Below, piece by piece: positions 16,943 through 30,647 of a DNA stretch of 43,852 nucleotides. The notes under the pieces were generated by a model that did no database searches, was not told where the DNA came from, and saw only the letters and a list, made by a program, of their open reading frames with translations. The stretch is from IMG/VR virus record IMGVR_UViG_2563366881_000002, positions 1 through 43,852 of that record, one strand, 5' to 3'. The position numbers were made by a program, and so were the translations under genes. How positions within the stretch are numbered: the stretch's first letter is position 1; the number at the start of each line of letters is the position of its first letter. This stretch comes from a virus. Its lineage: Duplodnaviria; Heunggongvirae; Uroviricota; Caudoviricetes.

Positions 16943-17287
16943 ATGGTCCAAAACTATGAAATGATTGTGAAAGGGATCCGCAATTTTGAGAATAAAGTTA
17001 CGGTAACTTTAGCATTACAGGACAAAGAACGCTTTGACGGTGAAATTTTTGACCTGGACATCTCGCTGGACCGTGTTGAAGGTGCCGCGCTGGAGTTTTA
17101 TGAGGCAGCAGCCAGAAGGAGCATCAGACAGGTCTTCCTGGATGTTGCTGCCGGGTTATGTGGAGGGGATGAGCAGTCGCCGGAAAAGCGCCCCATAATT
17201 TTAGAGGCGCAGAGTGTGTGGATAACCTACAAAGGAAAACTGCCGGGAAGAATTACTGGTTCACTGAAGACTCCGCCGAAATGGTAA
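16943..17287 (+). CDS. hypothetical protein between holin and endolysin (YdfR/DUF1327-like by position)
   Basis: 114-aa ORF starting 5 nt after holin stop; Qin has ydfR in the same slot (recalled, sequence not verified). Confidence 0.45.
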   Translation: MVQNYEMIVKGIRNFENKVTVTLALQDKERFDGEIFDLDISLDRVEGAALEFYEAAARRSIRQVFLDVAAGLCGGDEQSPEKRPIILEAQSVWITYKGKLPGRITGSLKTPPKW

Positions 17288-17525
17288 TTTCACCAGCATA
17301 TTTTTCTTCCAGTAATACCGCCAGCCACTTGAAAGAATTTTGTTGTTGCTGGGACCATTTGGGGTTGAGTGATTCAAGCTGGAGCGATGCCAGTGTTGGT
17401 TGCATTTGTTCCTTGGGAATTGAGAATGCCAGATATGAAAATGCGACAGTAAGGGCATTTACATCATCCCGAAGCCTGGAAATGCAGTCGAGCAACTCCT
17501 GTAGAGAAATGGTGCTATTGTCCAT
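17253..17525 (-). CDS. hypothetical small protein (90 aa) on opposite strand inside lysis cassette
   Basis: ATG at 17525 preceded by strong SD GAGAGGA (6-nt spacing); protein-like composition; 3' end overlaps the upstream plus-strand ORF by ~35 nt. Confidence 0.35.
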   Translation of the reverse strand: MDNSTISLQELLDCISRLRDDVNALTVAFSYLAFSIPKEQMQPTLASLQLESLNPKWSQQQQNSFKWLAVLLEEKYAGEITISAESSVNQ

Positions 17526-17630
17526 AAACAATCCTCTCTATTGTATTTAACTATTCCTTGCCTGATTCAACAGGCCGGGACAGATAAACATATCCAGGGT
17601 TCAGAAACCGATAAATCCTGATAAATATCC

Positions 17631-18164
17631 ATGAACGCAAAAATCAGATACAGCCTGTCGGCTACTGTACTAGTGCTGATTGGTGCAGGCGCGTCTGCTC
17701 CTCAAATACTTGACCAGTTTCTGGACGAAAAAGAAGGTAACCACACAACGGCATACCGTGATGGTTCCGGCATCTGGACCATCTGTCGGGGTGCCACGAT
17801 GGTGGATGGAAAACCCGTTTTTCCCGGTATGAAACTGTCGAAGGAAAAATGCGACCAGGTTAACGCCATCGAACGTGATAAGGCGCTGGCATGGGTGGAA
17901 CGTAATATTAAAGTACCACTGACCGAACCACAAAAAGCGGGTATCGCGTCATTTTGCCCCTATAACATTGGCCCCGGTAAGTGTTTCCCGTCGACGTTTT
18001 ATAAGCGGCTTAATGCCGGTGATCGTAAAGGTGCCTGTGAGTCGATTCGCTGGTGGATTAAGGACGGTGGGCGTGATTGCCGCACACGTTCAAATAACTG
18101 CTACGGACAGGTTATTCGTCGTGACCAGGAAAGCGCATTAGCCTGTTGGGGGATAGATCAGTGA
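17631..18164 (+). CDS. SAR endolysin (T4-lysozyme-like, RrrQ/R21-type)
   Basis: N-terminal Gly/Ala-rich weakly hydrophobic SAR segment (..[16 protein letters not shown]..); catalytic E-x8-D-x5-T (..[16 protein letters not shown]..); 177 aa. Confidence 0.85.
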   Translation: MNAKIRYSLSATVLVLIGAGASAPQILDQFLDEKEGNHTTAYRDGSGIWTICRGATMVDGKPVFPGMKLSKEKCDQVNAIERDKALAWVERNIKVPLTEPQKAGIASFCPYNIGPGKCFPSTFYKRLNAGDRKGACESIRWWIKDGGRDCRTRSNNCYGQVIRRDQESALACWGIDQ

Positions 18165-18622
18165 GAAGAGTAGCCGCGATTATCTCCGCTCTGGTTATCT
18201 GCATCATCGTCTGCCTGTCTTGGGCTGTTAATCATTACCGTGATAACGCCATTACCTACAAAGCCCTGCGCGACAAAAATGCCAGAGAACTGAAGCTGGC
18301 GAACGCGGCAATTACTGACATGCAGATGCGTCAGCGTGATGTTGCTGCGCTCGATGCAAAATACACGAAGGAGTTAGCTGATGCGAAAGCTGAAAATGAT
18401 GCTCTGCGTGATGATGTTGCCGCTGGTCGTCGTCGGTTGCACATCAAAGCAGTCTGTCAGTCAGTGCGTGAAGCCACCACCGCCTCCGGCGTGGATAATG
18501 CAGCCTCCCCCCGACTGGCAGACACCGCTGAACGGGATTATTTCACCCTCAGAGAGAGGCTGATCACTATGCAAAAACAACTGGAAGGAACCCAGAAGTA
18601 TATTAATGAGCAGTGCAGATAG
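18161..18622 (+). CDS. Rz: Rz i-spanin
   Basis: 153 aa, N-terminal TM segment then coiled-coil; overlaps endolysin stop; start GTG 18161 with GGGGGA upstream; resembles lambda Rz. Confidence 0.75.
   Translation: MRRVAAIISALVICIIVCLSWAVNHYRDNAITYKALRDKNARELKLANAAITDMQMRQRDVAALDAKYTKELADAKAENDALRDDVAAGRRRLHIKAVCQSVREATTASGVDNAASPRLADTAERDYFTLRERLITMQKQLEGTQKYINEQCR
18381..18563 (+). CDS. Rz1: Rz1 o-spanin lipoprotein (embedded in Rz, +1 frame)
   Basis: 60 aa; lipobox ..VVVGC.., proline-rich (..[19 protein letters not shown]..); fully embedded in Rz. Confidence 0.8.
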   Translation: MRKLKMMLCVMMLPLVVVGCTSKQSVSQCVKPPPPPAWIMQPPPDWQTPLNGIISPSERG

Positions 18623-18653
18623 AGTTGCTCATATCGATGGGCAACTCATGCAA

Positions 18654-18947
18654 TTATTTTGAGCAATACACCCGCGCTTCCAGCGGAGTATAAATGCCAA
18701 AAGTGATGAAACCGAGCAATCCATTTACGAATGTTTGCTGGGTTTCTGTTTTAACCACATTTTCTGCACCACCACAAATTTTTGCTGCATCGACAGTTTT
18801 CTTCTGCCCAATTCCCGAAACGAAGAAATGATGGGTGATGGTTTCCTTTGGTGTTACTGCTGTCGGTTTGTTTCCAACAGTAAACGTCTGTTGAGCACAT
18901 CCTGTAATAAGCATTGCCAGAGCGGCAGAAAACAACATTTTTTTCAT
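18654..18947 (-). CDS. bor: Bor lipoprotein (serum-resistance family)
   Basis: MKKMLFSAALAMLITGCAQQTFTV...TPLEARVYCSK near-identical to recalled lambda Bor; 97 aa; lipobox LITGC. Confidence 0.85.
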   Translation of the reverse strand: MKKMLFSAALAMLITGCAQQTFTVGNKPTAVTPKETITHHFFVSGIGQKKTVDAAKICGGAENVVKTETQQTFVNGLLGFITFGIYTPLEARVYCSK

Positions 18948-19427
18948 CTTATTATCCTGCATTGTTAAAAACGGCAGAATCCTATGTGACAACAATTAAA
19001 CGATAGTTAAATGGATTGATGAAAATTAAAACTACACAGGTGAGCTCAGACGATTGGAGGGAGTTGGGGACACTCAGAATCCTGTAGAATGAAATAAACC
19101 GGTCTATCCGTCCATTACCCTTTTAGCTGCGCTGTATCGTCGCCGTATTCCCGCATTAACCATGACCGTAGCCCGACGGGGAATTCCTTCTGCGTGAGTG
19201 TGCGGGAATAATTAAAAACGATGCACACCGGGTTTTTACCGCGTTAATGATTCGCGGATTTATCCCGGTGCGATGGTGGAAGAAACCGGAAGCTGTATTA
19301 CAGAAAGTGCTACTACTGTATCCCGATGCGATGTATGTAATGTGAGTCAGATAATGGCACAGGATGTGGTGATGTGGCAGTCTGGAACACAGGATATATT
19401 GTCAGAATAAGACCCGTAGGAATAAAA

Positions 19428-19754
19428 ATGAAAAGACGCCTTTTACTACTTTTTCTGTTATCTGTCCTAGCAGTGGGATGCTCGCAGCAAAAAGCTGATG
19501 AGCCCCGGCAATTAGTGACGGTGTATCCACGATATCCGGAATATGCTGCAGCAAATTATATCAAGGGGCTGGTTGAGGTTAAGTTCGATATTGGTGCTGA
19601 TGGGACTGTGACACGGATCGTTTTTCTCCGCTCAGAGCCTCATAATTTGTTTCGTGATGAAGTGGTGAAGGCCATGGCGAAATGGCGATTTGAAAAGAAT
19701 CGTCCCTGTCAGGGAGTGAAGAGACAATTTATCTTTACGCCGTCACGTCCCTGA
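19428..19754 (+). CDS. lipoprotein with TonB C-terminal-domain-like fold
   Basis: MKRRLLLLFLLSVLAVGC lipobox; ..YPRYPEYAAANYIKGLVEVKFDIGADGTV..AMAKWRFEK.. resembles the TonB C-terminal domain; SD AGGA upstream. Confidence 0.55.
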   Translation: MKRRLLLLFLLSVLAVGCSQQKADEPRQLVTVYPRYPEYAAANYIKGLVEVKFDIGADGTVTRIVFLRSEPHNLFRDEVVKAMAKWRFEKNRPCQGVKRQFIFTPSRP

Positions 19755-19876
19755 TGCTTCCAGGTAGAGAGGGGCTGGAAGCAGGAGAAAAATGAAAGAG
19801 CCAGCGGTTATATTTTTGTCATGGCTGACGAGGAATGATGGAAGAAGGCGTTGTATGCCACACAACGCCTCACTGT

Positions 19877-20056
19877 TCATTTCTTCTTTTTCTCTAGTGG
19901 AACCCGATGAATAAGAGTTGCACTGGTTTCCGATGAGATGGCGATATACTCGGGCAAAGTATGCTGGCAGTTTTCCAACTGGTCAAAAATACCTGCTCTC
20001 GTCTGTTGCAATGCCTGCAGCATGCGGCGGCAATGCGCCTTGCTTTTGCTAACCAT
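19877..20056 (-). CDS. small hypothetical protein (59 aa)
   Basis: ATG 20056 with strong SD GAGGAAGGA; short basic/helical peptide ending KKKK. Confidence 0.3.
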   Translation of the reverse strand: MVSKSKAHCRRMLQALQQTRAGIFDQLENCQHTLPEYIAISSETSATLIHRVPLEKKKK

Positions 20057-20117
20057 CTTTCCTTCCTCTATCAGTCGCTGCGTGAACTCATCATGGAATA
20101 CCAGGTAAATGCGGATG

Positions 20118-20369
20118 TTATCGGTTTTGGCTACGCAGCATAGTACAAAACGGACAGGTGCATCCCGGGACGGGGGAGGCGTCACATGTCCCTGTGATGG
20201 TTGTTCCGGGTAATGCACTGTGTGGGGCATAAAAATGTCCGATAATTTTACTTTCTACCGCAGTTAGTTGATTCGTTGGTCCTGGTAGCACATTGGGCGA
20301 GGATTTAAATGCCAGGCAACTGAAGGATGATGTTGCAAGGGAGATAGCGAGAATATTTCTGATTTTCAT
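20118..20369 (-). CDS. small secreted Cys-rich protein (83 aa)
   Basis: Signal-peptide-like MKIRNILAISLATSSFSCLA; SD GAGG upstream; Cys-rich C-terminus. Confidence 0.4.
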   Translation of the reverse strand: MKIRNILAISLATSSFSCLAFKSSPNVLPGPTNQLTAVESKIIGHFYAPHSALPGTTITGTCDASPVPGCTCPFCTMLRSQNR

Positions 20370-20518
20370 TTGATGATGCCTCTGTGTGAAATGACGGTAA
20401 ACGACGCACTTGTGCCGGCACATAATAGCAAGCACCATAATAGATCAGATTCGATTCTTGCTGTAAGTGATAATTATTCTCGTTTTTCGGGTCCTTTCCG
20501 GCGATCCAACAGGCTACG

Positions 20519-20530
20519 GGGCGGCGACCT
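20519..20530. other. cos: cosN cohesive-end site (lambda 12-nt overhang GGGCGGCGACCT), cosB follows toward Nu1
   Basis: Exact lambda left-end sequence GGGCGGCGACCTCGCGGGTTTTCGCTATTTATGAAAATTTTCCGG... ~190 bp upstream of Nu1. Confidence 0.85.
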
Positions 20531-20707
20531 CGCGGGTTTTCGCTATTTATGAAAATTTTCCGGTTTAAGGCGTTTCCGTTCTTCTTCGTCATAACTTAAT
20601 GTTTTTATTTAAAATACCCTCTGAAAAGAAAGGAAACGACAGGTGCTGAAAGCGAGCTTTTTGGCCTCTGTCGTTTCCTTTCTCTGTTTTTGTCCGTGGA
20701 ATGAACA

Positions 20708-21227
20708 ATGGAAGTCAACAAAAAGCAGCTGGCTGACATTTTCGGTGCGAGTATCCGTACCATTCAGAACTGGCAGGAACAGGGAATGCCCGTTCTGCGA
20801 GGCGGTGGCAAGGGTAATGAGGTGCTTTATGATTCTGCCGCCGTCATAAAATGGTATGCCGAAAGGGATGCTGAAATTGAGAACGAAAAGCTGCGCCGGG
20901 AAGTTGAAGAACTGCGGCAGGCCAGCGAGACAGATCTCCAGCCAGGGACTATTGAGTACGAACGCCATCGACTTACGCGTGCGCAGGCCGACGCACAGGA
21001 GCTGAAAAATGCCAGAGACTCCGCTGAAGTGGTGGAAACCGCATTCTGTACTTTCGTGCTGTCGCGGATCGCAGGTGAAATTGCCAGTATTCTCGACGGG
21101 ATCCCCCTGTCGGTGCAGCGGCGTTTTCCGGAACTGGAAAACCGACATGTTGATTTCCTGAAACGGGATATCATCAAAGCCATGAACAAAGCAGCCGCGC
21201 TGGATGAACTGATACCGGGGTTGCTGA

Positions 21228-21253
<26 letters not shown>
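20708..21253 (+). CDS. nu1: terminase small subunit Nu1
   Basis: MEVNKKQLADIFGASIRTIQNWQEQGMPVLRGGGKGNEVLYD... matches recalled lambda Nu1 over full length. Confidence 0.95.
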
Positions 21254-24934
<3,681 letters not shown>

Positions 24935-24954
<20 letters not shown>

Positions 24955-26254
24955 TCTCCCGCATATTGCCAGCATGGCCTTTAATGAGCCGCTGATGCTT
25001 GAACCCGCCTATGCGCGGGTTTTCTTTTGTGCGCTTGCAGGCCAGCTTGGGATCAGCCGCCTGACGGATGCGGTGTCCGGCGACAGCCTGACTGCCCAGG
25101 AGGCACTCGCGACGCTGGCATTATCCGGTGATGATGACGGACCACGACAGGCCCGCAGTTATCAGGTCATGAACGGCATCGCCGTGCTGCCGGTGTCCGG
25201 CACGCTGGTCAGCCGGACGCGGGCGCTGCAGCCGTACTCGGGGATGACCGGTTACAACGGCATTATCGCCCGTCTGCAACAGGCTGCCAGCGATCCGATG
25301 GTGGACGGCATTCTGCTCGATATGGACACGCCCGGCGGGATGGTGGCGGGGGCATTTGACTGCGCTGACATCATCGCCCGTGTGCGTGACATAAAACCGG
25401 TATGGGCGCTTGCCAACGACATGAACTGCAGTGCAGGTCAGTTGCTTGCCAGTGCCGCCTCCCGGCGTCTGGTCACGCAGACCGCCCGGACAGGCTCCAT
25501 CGGCGTCATGATGGCTCACAGTAATTACGGTGCTGCGCTGGAGAAACAGGGTGTGGAAATCACGCTGATTTACAGCGGCAGCCATAAGGTGGATGGCAAC
25601 CCCTACAGCCATCTTCCGGATGACGTCCGGGAGACACTGCAGTACCGGATGGACGCAATCCGCCAGATGTTTGCGCAGAAGGTGTCGGCATATACCGGCC
25701 TGTCCGTGCAGGCTGTGCTGGATACCGAGGCTGCAGTGTACAGCGGTCAGGAGGCCATTGATGCCGGACTGGCTGATGAACTTGTTAACAGCACCGATGC
25801 GATCACCGTCATGCGTGATGCACTGGATGCACGTAAATCCCGTCTCTCAGGAGGGCGAATGACCAAAGAGACTCAATCAACAACTGTTTCAGCCACTGCT
25901 TCGCAGGCTGACGTTACTGACGTGGTGCCAGCGACGGAGGGCGAAAACGCCAGTGCGGCGCAGCCGGACGTGAACGCGCAGATCACCGCAGCGGTTGCGG
26001 CAGAAAACAGCCGCATTATGGGGATCCTCAACTGTGAGGAGGCTCACGGACGCGAAGAACAGGCACGCGTGCTGGCAGAAACCCCCGGTATGACCGTGGA
26101 AACGGCCCGCCGCATTCTGGCCGCAGCACCACAGAGTGCACAGGCGCGCAGTGACACTGCGCTGGATCGTCTGATGCAGGGGGCACCGGCACCGCTGGCT
26201 GCAGGTAACCCGGCATCTGATGCCGTTAACGATTTGCTGAACACACCAGTGTAA
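24935..26254 (+). CDS. C: head maturation protease / scaffold C
   Basis: GTG start with SD GAGGAGGAG; product begins (M)TAELRNLPHIASMAFNEPLMLEP as lambda gpC; 439 aa. Confidence 0.9.
25649..26254 (+). CDS. nu3: scaffolding protein Nu3 (in-frame internal start within C)
   Basis: In-frame ATG at 25649 (MDAIRQMF..) corresponds to the lambda nu3 coordinates as recalled; another in-frame ATG at 25859 is an alternative. Confidence 0.55.
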   Translation: MDAIRQMFAQKVSAYTGLSVQAVLDTEAAVYSGQEAIDAGLADELVNSTDAITVMRDALDARKSRLSGGRMTKETQSTTVSATASQADVTDVVPATEGENASAAQPDVNAQITAAVAAENSRIMGILNCEEAHGREEQARVLAETPGMTVETARRILAAAPQSAQARSDTALDRLMQGAPAPLAAGNPASDAVNDLLNTPV

Positions 26255-26263
26255 GGGATGTTT

Positions 26264-26596
26264 ATGACGAGCAAAGAAACCTTTACCCATTACCAGCCGC
26301 TGGGCAACAGTGACCCGGCTCATACCGCAACCGCGCCCGGCGGATTGAGTGCGAAAGCGCCTGCAATGACCCCGCTGATGCTGGACACCTCCACCCGTAA
26401 GCTGGTTGCGTGGGATGGCACCACCGACGGTGCTGCCGTTGGCATTCTTGCGGTTGCTGCTGACCAGACCAGCACCACGCTGACGTTCTACAAGTCCGGC
26501 ACGTTCCGTTATGAGGATGTGCTCTGGCCGGAGGCTGCCAGCGATGAGACGAAAAAACGGACCGCGTTTGCCGGAACGGCAATCAGCATCGTTTAA
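26264..26596 (+). CDS. D: head decoration protein D
   Basis: [27 protein letters not shown]... = lambda gpD; 110 aa. Confidence 0.9.
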   Translation: MTSKETFTHYQPLGNSDPAHTATAPGGLSAKAPAMTPLMLDTSTRKLVAWDGTTDGAAVGILAVAADQTSTTLTFYKSGTFRYEDVLWPEAASDETKKRTAFAGTAISIV

Positions 26597-26651
26597 CCTT
26601 ACCCTTCATCACTAAAGGCCGCCTGTGCGGCTTTTTTTACGGGATTTTTTT

Positions 26652-27677
26652 ATGTCGATGTACACAACCGCCCAGCTGCTGGCGGCAAATGAGCAGAAAT
26701 TTAAGTTTGATCCGCTGTTTCTGCGTCTCTTTTTCCGTGAGAGCTATCCCTTCACCACGGAGAAAGTCTATCTCTCACAAATTCCGGGACTGGTAAACAT
26801 GGCGCTGTACGTTTCGCCGATTGTTTCCGGTGAGGTTATCCGTTCCCGTGGCGGATCCACCTCTGAATTTACACCGGGATATGTCAAGCCCAAGCATGAG
26901 GTGAATCCGCAGATGACCCTGCGTCGCCTGCCGGATGAAGATCCGCAGAATCTGGCGGACCCGGCTTACCGCCGCCGTCGCATCATCATGCAGAACATGC
27001 GTGACGAAGAGCTGGCCATTGCTCAGGTCGAAGAGATGCAGGCCGTTTCTGCCGTGCTCAAGGGCAAATACACCATGACCGGTGAAGCCTTCGATCCGGT
27101 TGAGGTGGATATGGGCCGCAGTGCGGCGAACAACATCACGCAGTCCGGCAGCACGGAGTGGAGCAAGCGTGACAAGTCCACGTATGACCCGACCGACGAT
27201 ATCGAAGCCTACGCGCTGAACGCCAGCGGCGTGGTGAATATCATCGTGTTTGATCCGAAAGGCTGGGCGCTGTTCCGTTCCTTCAAAGCCGTCAAGGAGA
27301 AGCTGGATACCCGTCGCGGCTCTAATTCCGAGCTGGAGACAGCGGTAAAAGACCTGGGCGAAGCGGTGTCCTATAAGGGGATGTATGGCGATACGGCGAT
27401 CGTCGTGTATTCCGGACAGTACGTGGAAAACGACGTCAAAAAGAACTTCCTGCCGGACAACACGATGGTGCTGGGGAACACTCAGGCACGCGGTCTGCGC
27501 ACCTATGGCTGCATTCAGGATGCGGACGCACAGCGCGAAGGTATTAACGCCTCTGCCCGCTACCCGAAAAACTGGGTGACCACCGGCGATCCGGCGCGTG
27601 AGTTCACCATGATTCAGTCAGCACCGCTGATGTTGCTGGCTGATCCTGATGCGTTCGTGTCCGTACAACTGGCGTAA
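26652..27677 (+). CDS. E: major capsid protein E
   Basis: MSMYTTAQLLAANEQKFKFDPLFLRLFFRESYPF... = lambda gpE; 341 aa. Confidence 0.95.
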   Translation: MSMYTTAQLLAANEQKFKFDPLFLRLFFRESYPFTTEKVYLSQIPGLVNMALYVSPIVSGEVIRSRGGSTSEFTPGYVKPKHEVNPQMTLRRLPDEDPQNLADPAYRRRRIIMQNMRDEELAIAQVEEMQAVSAVLKGKYTMTGEAFDPVEVDMGRSAANNITQSGSTEWSKRDKSTYDPTDDIEAYALNASGVVNIIVFDPKGWALFRSFKAVKEKLDTRRGSNSELETAVKDLGEAVSYKGMYGDTAIVVYSGQYVENDVKKNFLPDNTMVLGNTQARGLRTYGCIQDADAQREGINASARYPKNWVTTGDPAREFTMIQSAPLMLLADPDAFVSVQLA

Positions 27678-27718
27678 TCATGGCCCTTCGGGGCCATTTT
27701 CTCTCTGTGGAGGAGTCC

Positions 27719-28114
27719 ATGACGAAAGATGAACTGATTGCCCGTCTTCAGGTGCTGGGTGAGCAACTGAACCGTGATGTCAGCCTGACGGGGACGAAAG
27801 AAGAACTGGTGCTCCGTGTGGCAGAGCTGGAAGAGGAGCTTGATGACACGGATGACGCTGCCGGTCAGGACACATCTGTCAGCCCGGAAAATGCGCTGAC
27901 CGGACATGAAAATGAGGTGGTATCAGCGCAGCCGGATACCGTGATTGATACGGCTGCTCTGGTCACGGTCGTGGCACTGGTGACGCTGCATACTGATGCA
28001 CTTCACGCCACGCGGGATGAGCCTGTGGCATTTGTGCTGCCGGGAACGGCGTTTCGTGTCTCTGCCGGTGTGGCAGCCGAAATGACAGAACATGGCCTGG
28101 CCAGAATGCAATAA
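27719..28114 (+). CDS. FI: DNA-packaging/head assembly protein FI
   Basis: MTKDELIARLQVLGEQLNRDVSLTGTKEEL.. as lambda FI. Confidence 0.85.
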   Translation: MTKDELIARLQVLGEQLNRDVSLTGTKEELVLRVAELEEELDDTDDAAGQDTSVSPENALTGHENEVVSAQPDTVIDTAALVTVVALVTLHTDALHATRDEPVAFVLPGTAFRVSAGVAAEMTEHGLARMQ

Positions 28115-28125
28115 CGGGAGGCGCT

Positions 28126-28479
28126 GTGGCTGATTCCGATAACCTGTTCGATGCTGCCATTGCCCGCGCCGATGAAACGATACGCGGGTACATGGGAACG
28201 TCAGCCACCATGACATCCGGTGAGCTGTCCGGTGCTGTGATACGTGGTGTTTTTGATGACCCTGAAAATATCAGCTATGCCGGACAGGGGGTGCGCGTTG
28301 AAGGCTCCAGCCCGTCCCTGTTTGTCCGGACTGATGATGTGCGGCAGCTGCGGCGTGGAGACACACTGACCATCGGCGAGGAAAACTTCTGGGTGGACCG
28401 GATTTCGCCGGATGATGGCGGAAGCTGTCATCTCTGGCTTGGGCGGGGCGTACCGCCTGCCGTTAACCGTCGCCGCTGA
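28126..28479 (+). CDS. FII: head-tail connector FII
   Basis: GTG start; (M)ADSDNLFDAAIARADETIRGYMG.. as lambda FII. Confidence 0.9.
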   Translation: MADSDNLFDAAIARADETIRGYMGTSATMTSGELSGAVIRGVFDDPENISYAGQGVRVEGSSPSLFVRTDDVRQLRRGDTLTIGEENFWVDRISPDDGGSCHLWLGRGVPPAVNRRR

Positions 28480-28490
28480 AAGGGGGATGT

Positions 28491-29069
28491 ATGGCCATAA
28501 AAGGTCTTGAGCAGGCCGTTGAAAACCTCAGCCGTATCAGCAGAACGGCGGTGCCCGGTGCCGCCGCAATGGCCATTAACCGCGTTGCTTCATCCGCGAT
28601 ATCGCAGTCGGCGTCACAGGTTGCCCGTGAGACAAAGGTACGCCGGAAACTGGTAAAGGAAAGGGCCAGGCTGAAAAGGGCCACGGTCAAAAATCCGCAG
28701 GCCAGAATCAGGGTTAACCGGGGGGATTTGCCCGTAATAAAGCTGGGTAACGCGCGGATTGTCCTGTCCCGACGCAGGCGTCGTAAAAAGGGGCAGCGTT
28801 CAGCCCTGAAAGGTGGCGGCAGCGTGCTTGTGGTGGGAAACCGTCGTATTCCCGGCGCGTTTATTCAGCAACTGAAAAATGGCCGCTGGCATGTCATGCA
28901 GCGTGTGGCCGGGAAAAACCGTTACCCCATTGATGTGGTGAAAATCCCGATGGCGGTGCCGCTGACCACGGCGTTTAAACAGAATATTGAGCGGATACGG
29001 CGTGAGCGTCTTCCGAAAGAGCTGGGCTATGCGCTGCAGCATCAACTGAGGATGGTAATAAAGCGATGA
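28491..29069 (+). CDS. Z: tail completion protein Z
   Basis: 192 aa, lambda Z position and sequence. Confidence 0.9.
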   Translation: MAIKGLEQAVENLSRISRTAVPGAAAMAINRVASSAISQSASQVARETKVRRKLVKERARLKRATVKNPQARIRVNRGDLPVIKLGNARIVLSRRRRRKKGQRSALKGGGSVLVVGNRRIPGAFIQQLKNGRWHVMQRVAGKNRYPIDVVKIPMAVPLTTAFKQNIERIRRERLPKELGYALQHQLRMVIKR

Positions 29070-29461
29070 AACATACTGAACTCCGTGCAGCCGTACTGGA
29101 TGCACTGGCGAAGCATGACACCGGGGCGACGTTTTTTGATGGTCGCCCCGCTGTTTTTGATGAGGCGGATTTTCCGGCAGTTGCCGTTTATCTCACCGGC
29201 GCTGAATACACGGGCGAAGAGCTGGACAGCGATACCTGGCAGGCGGAGCTGCATATCGAAGTTTTCCTGCCTGCTCAGGTGCCGGATTCAGAGCTGGATG
29301 CGTGGATGGAGTCCCGGATTTATCCGGTGATGAGCGATATCCCGGCACTGTCAGATTTGATCACCAGTATGGTGGCCAGTGGCTATGACTACCGGCGCGA
29401 CGATGATGCGGGCCTGTGGAGTTCAGCCGATCTGACTTATGTCATTACCTATGAAATGTGA
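29066..29461 (+). CDS. U: tail terminator protein U
   Basis: 131 aa, lambda U position and sequence. Confidence 0.9.
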   Translation: MKHTELRAAVLDALAKHDTGATFFDGRPAVFDEADFPAVAVYLTGAEYTGEELDSDTWQAELHIEVFLPAQVPDSELDAWMESRIYPVMSDIPALSDLITSMVASGYDYRRDDDAGLWSSADLTYVITYEM

Positions 29462-29468
29462 GGACGAT

Positions 29469-30209
29469 ATGCCTGTACCAAATCCAGCAATACCGGTGAA
29501 AGGTGCCGGAACCACCCTGTGGGTTTATAACGGGAGCGGCGACCCTTATGCGAACCCGCTTTCAGACGTTGACTGGTCGCGTCTGGCTAAAGTTAAAGAC
29601 CTGACGCCCGGCGAACTGACCGCTGAGTCCTATGACGACAGTTATCTCGATGATGAAGATGCGGACTGGACCGCGACCGGGCAGGGGCAGAAATCTGCCG
29701 GAGATACCAGCTTCACGCTGGCGTGGATGCCCGGAGAGCAGGGGCAGCAGGCGCTGCTGGCGTGGTTTAATGAAGGCGATACCCGTGCCTATAAAATCCG
29801 CTTCCCGAACGGCACGGTCGATGTGTTCCGTGGCTGGGTCAGCAGTATCGGTAAGGCGGTGACGGCGAAGGAAGTGATCACCCGCACGGTGAAAGTCACC
29901 AATGTGGGACGTCCGTCGATGGCAGAAGATCGCAGCACGGTAACAGCGGCAACCGGTATGACCGTGACGCCAGCCAGCGCTTCCGTAGTGAAAGGGAAGA
30001 GCACCACGCTGACCGTGGCATTCCAGCCGGAAGGCGCAACCGACAAGAGCTTCCGTGCGGTGTCAGCGGATAAAACAAAAGCCACCGTGTCGGTCAGTGG
30101 TATGACCATCACCGTGAATGGCGTTGCTGCAGGTAAGGTCAACATTCCGGTCGTATCCGGTAATGGTGAGTTTGCTGCGGTTGCAGAAATCACCGTCACC
30201 GCCAGTTAA
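29469..30209 (+). CDS. V: major tail tube protein V
   Basis: [36 protein letters not shown].. = lambda gpV incl. C-terminal Ig-like domain. Confidence 0.9.
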   Translation: MPVPNPAIPVKGAGTTLWVYNGSGDPYANPLSDVDWSRLAKVKDLTPGELTAESYDDSYLDDEDADWTATGQGQKSAGDTSFTLAWMPGEQGQQALLAWFNEGDTRAYKIRFPNGTVDVFRGWVSSIGKAVTAKEVITRTVKVTNVGRPSMAEDRSTVTAATGMTVTPASASVVKGKSTTLTVAFQPEGATDKSFRAVSADKTKATVSVSGMTITVNGVAAGKVNIPVVSGNGEFAAVAEITVTAS

Positions 30210-30224
30210 TCCGGAGAGTCAGAG

Positions 30225-30647
30225 ATGTTCCTGAAAACCGAATCATTTGAACATAACGGCGTGACCGTCACGCTTTCTGAACTGTCAGCCCTGCAGCGTA
30301 TTGAGCATCTCGCCCTGATGAAACGGCAGGCAGAACAGGCGGAGTCAGACAGCAACCGGCAGGTTACTGTGGAAGACGTCATCAGAACCGGTGCTTGTGT
30401 GGTGGCGATGTCCCTGTGGCATAACCATCCGAAGAAGACGCAGATGCCGTCCATGAATGAAGCCGTTAAACAGATTGAACAGGAAGTGCTTACCACCTGG
30501 CCCACAGAGGCAATTTCTCATGCTGAAAACGTGGTGTACCGGCTGTCCGGAATGTATGAGTTTGTTGTGAATAATACCCCTGAACAGACAGAGGACGCCG
30601 GGCCTGCAGAGCCTGTTTCTGCGGGAAAGTGTTCGACGGTGAGCTGA
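30225..30647 (+). CDS. G: tail assembly chaperone G
   Basis: 140 aa, lambda G; ends just after slippery heptamer. Confidence 0.9.
   Translation: MFLKTESFEHNGVTVTLSELSALQRIEHLALMKRQAEQAESDSNRQVTVEDVIRTGACVVAMSLWHNHPKKTQMPSMNEAVKQIEQEVLTTWPTEAISHAENVVYRLSGMYEFVVNNTPEQTEDAGPAEPVSAGKCSTVS

Noticed and set aside
20609-21189. Minus-strand ORFs (179 aa, 120 aa) overlapping nu1
   Set aside because: Antisense to a gene whose product matches lambda Nu1 exactly; no coding signal.
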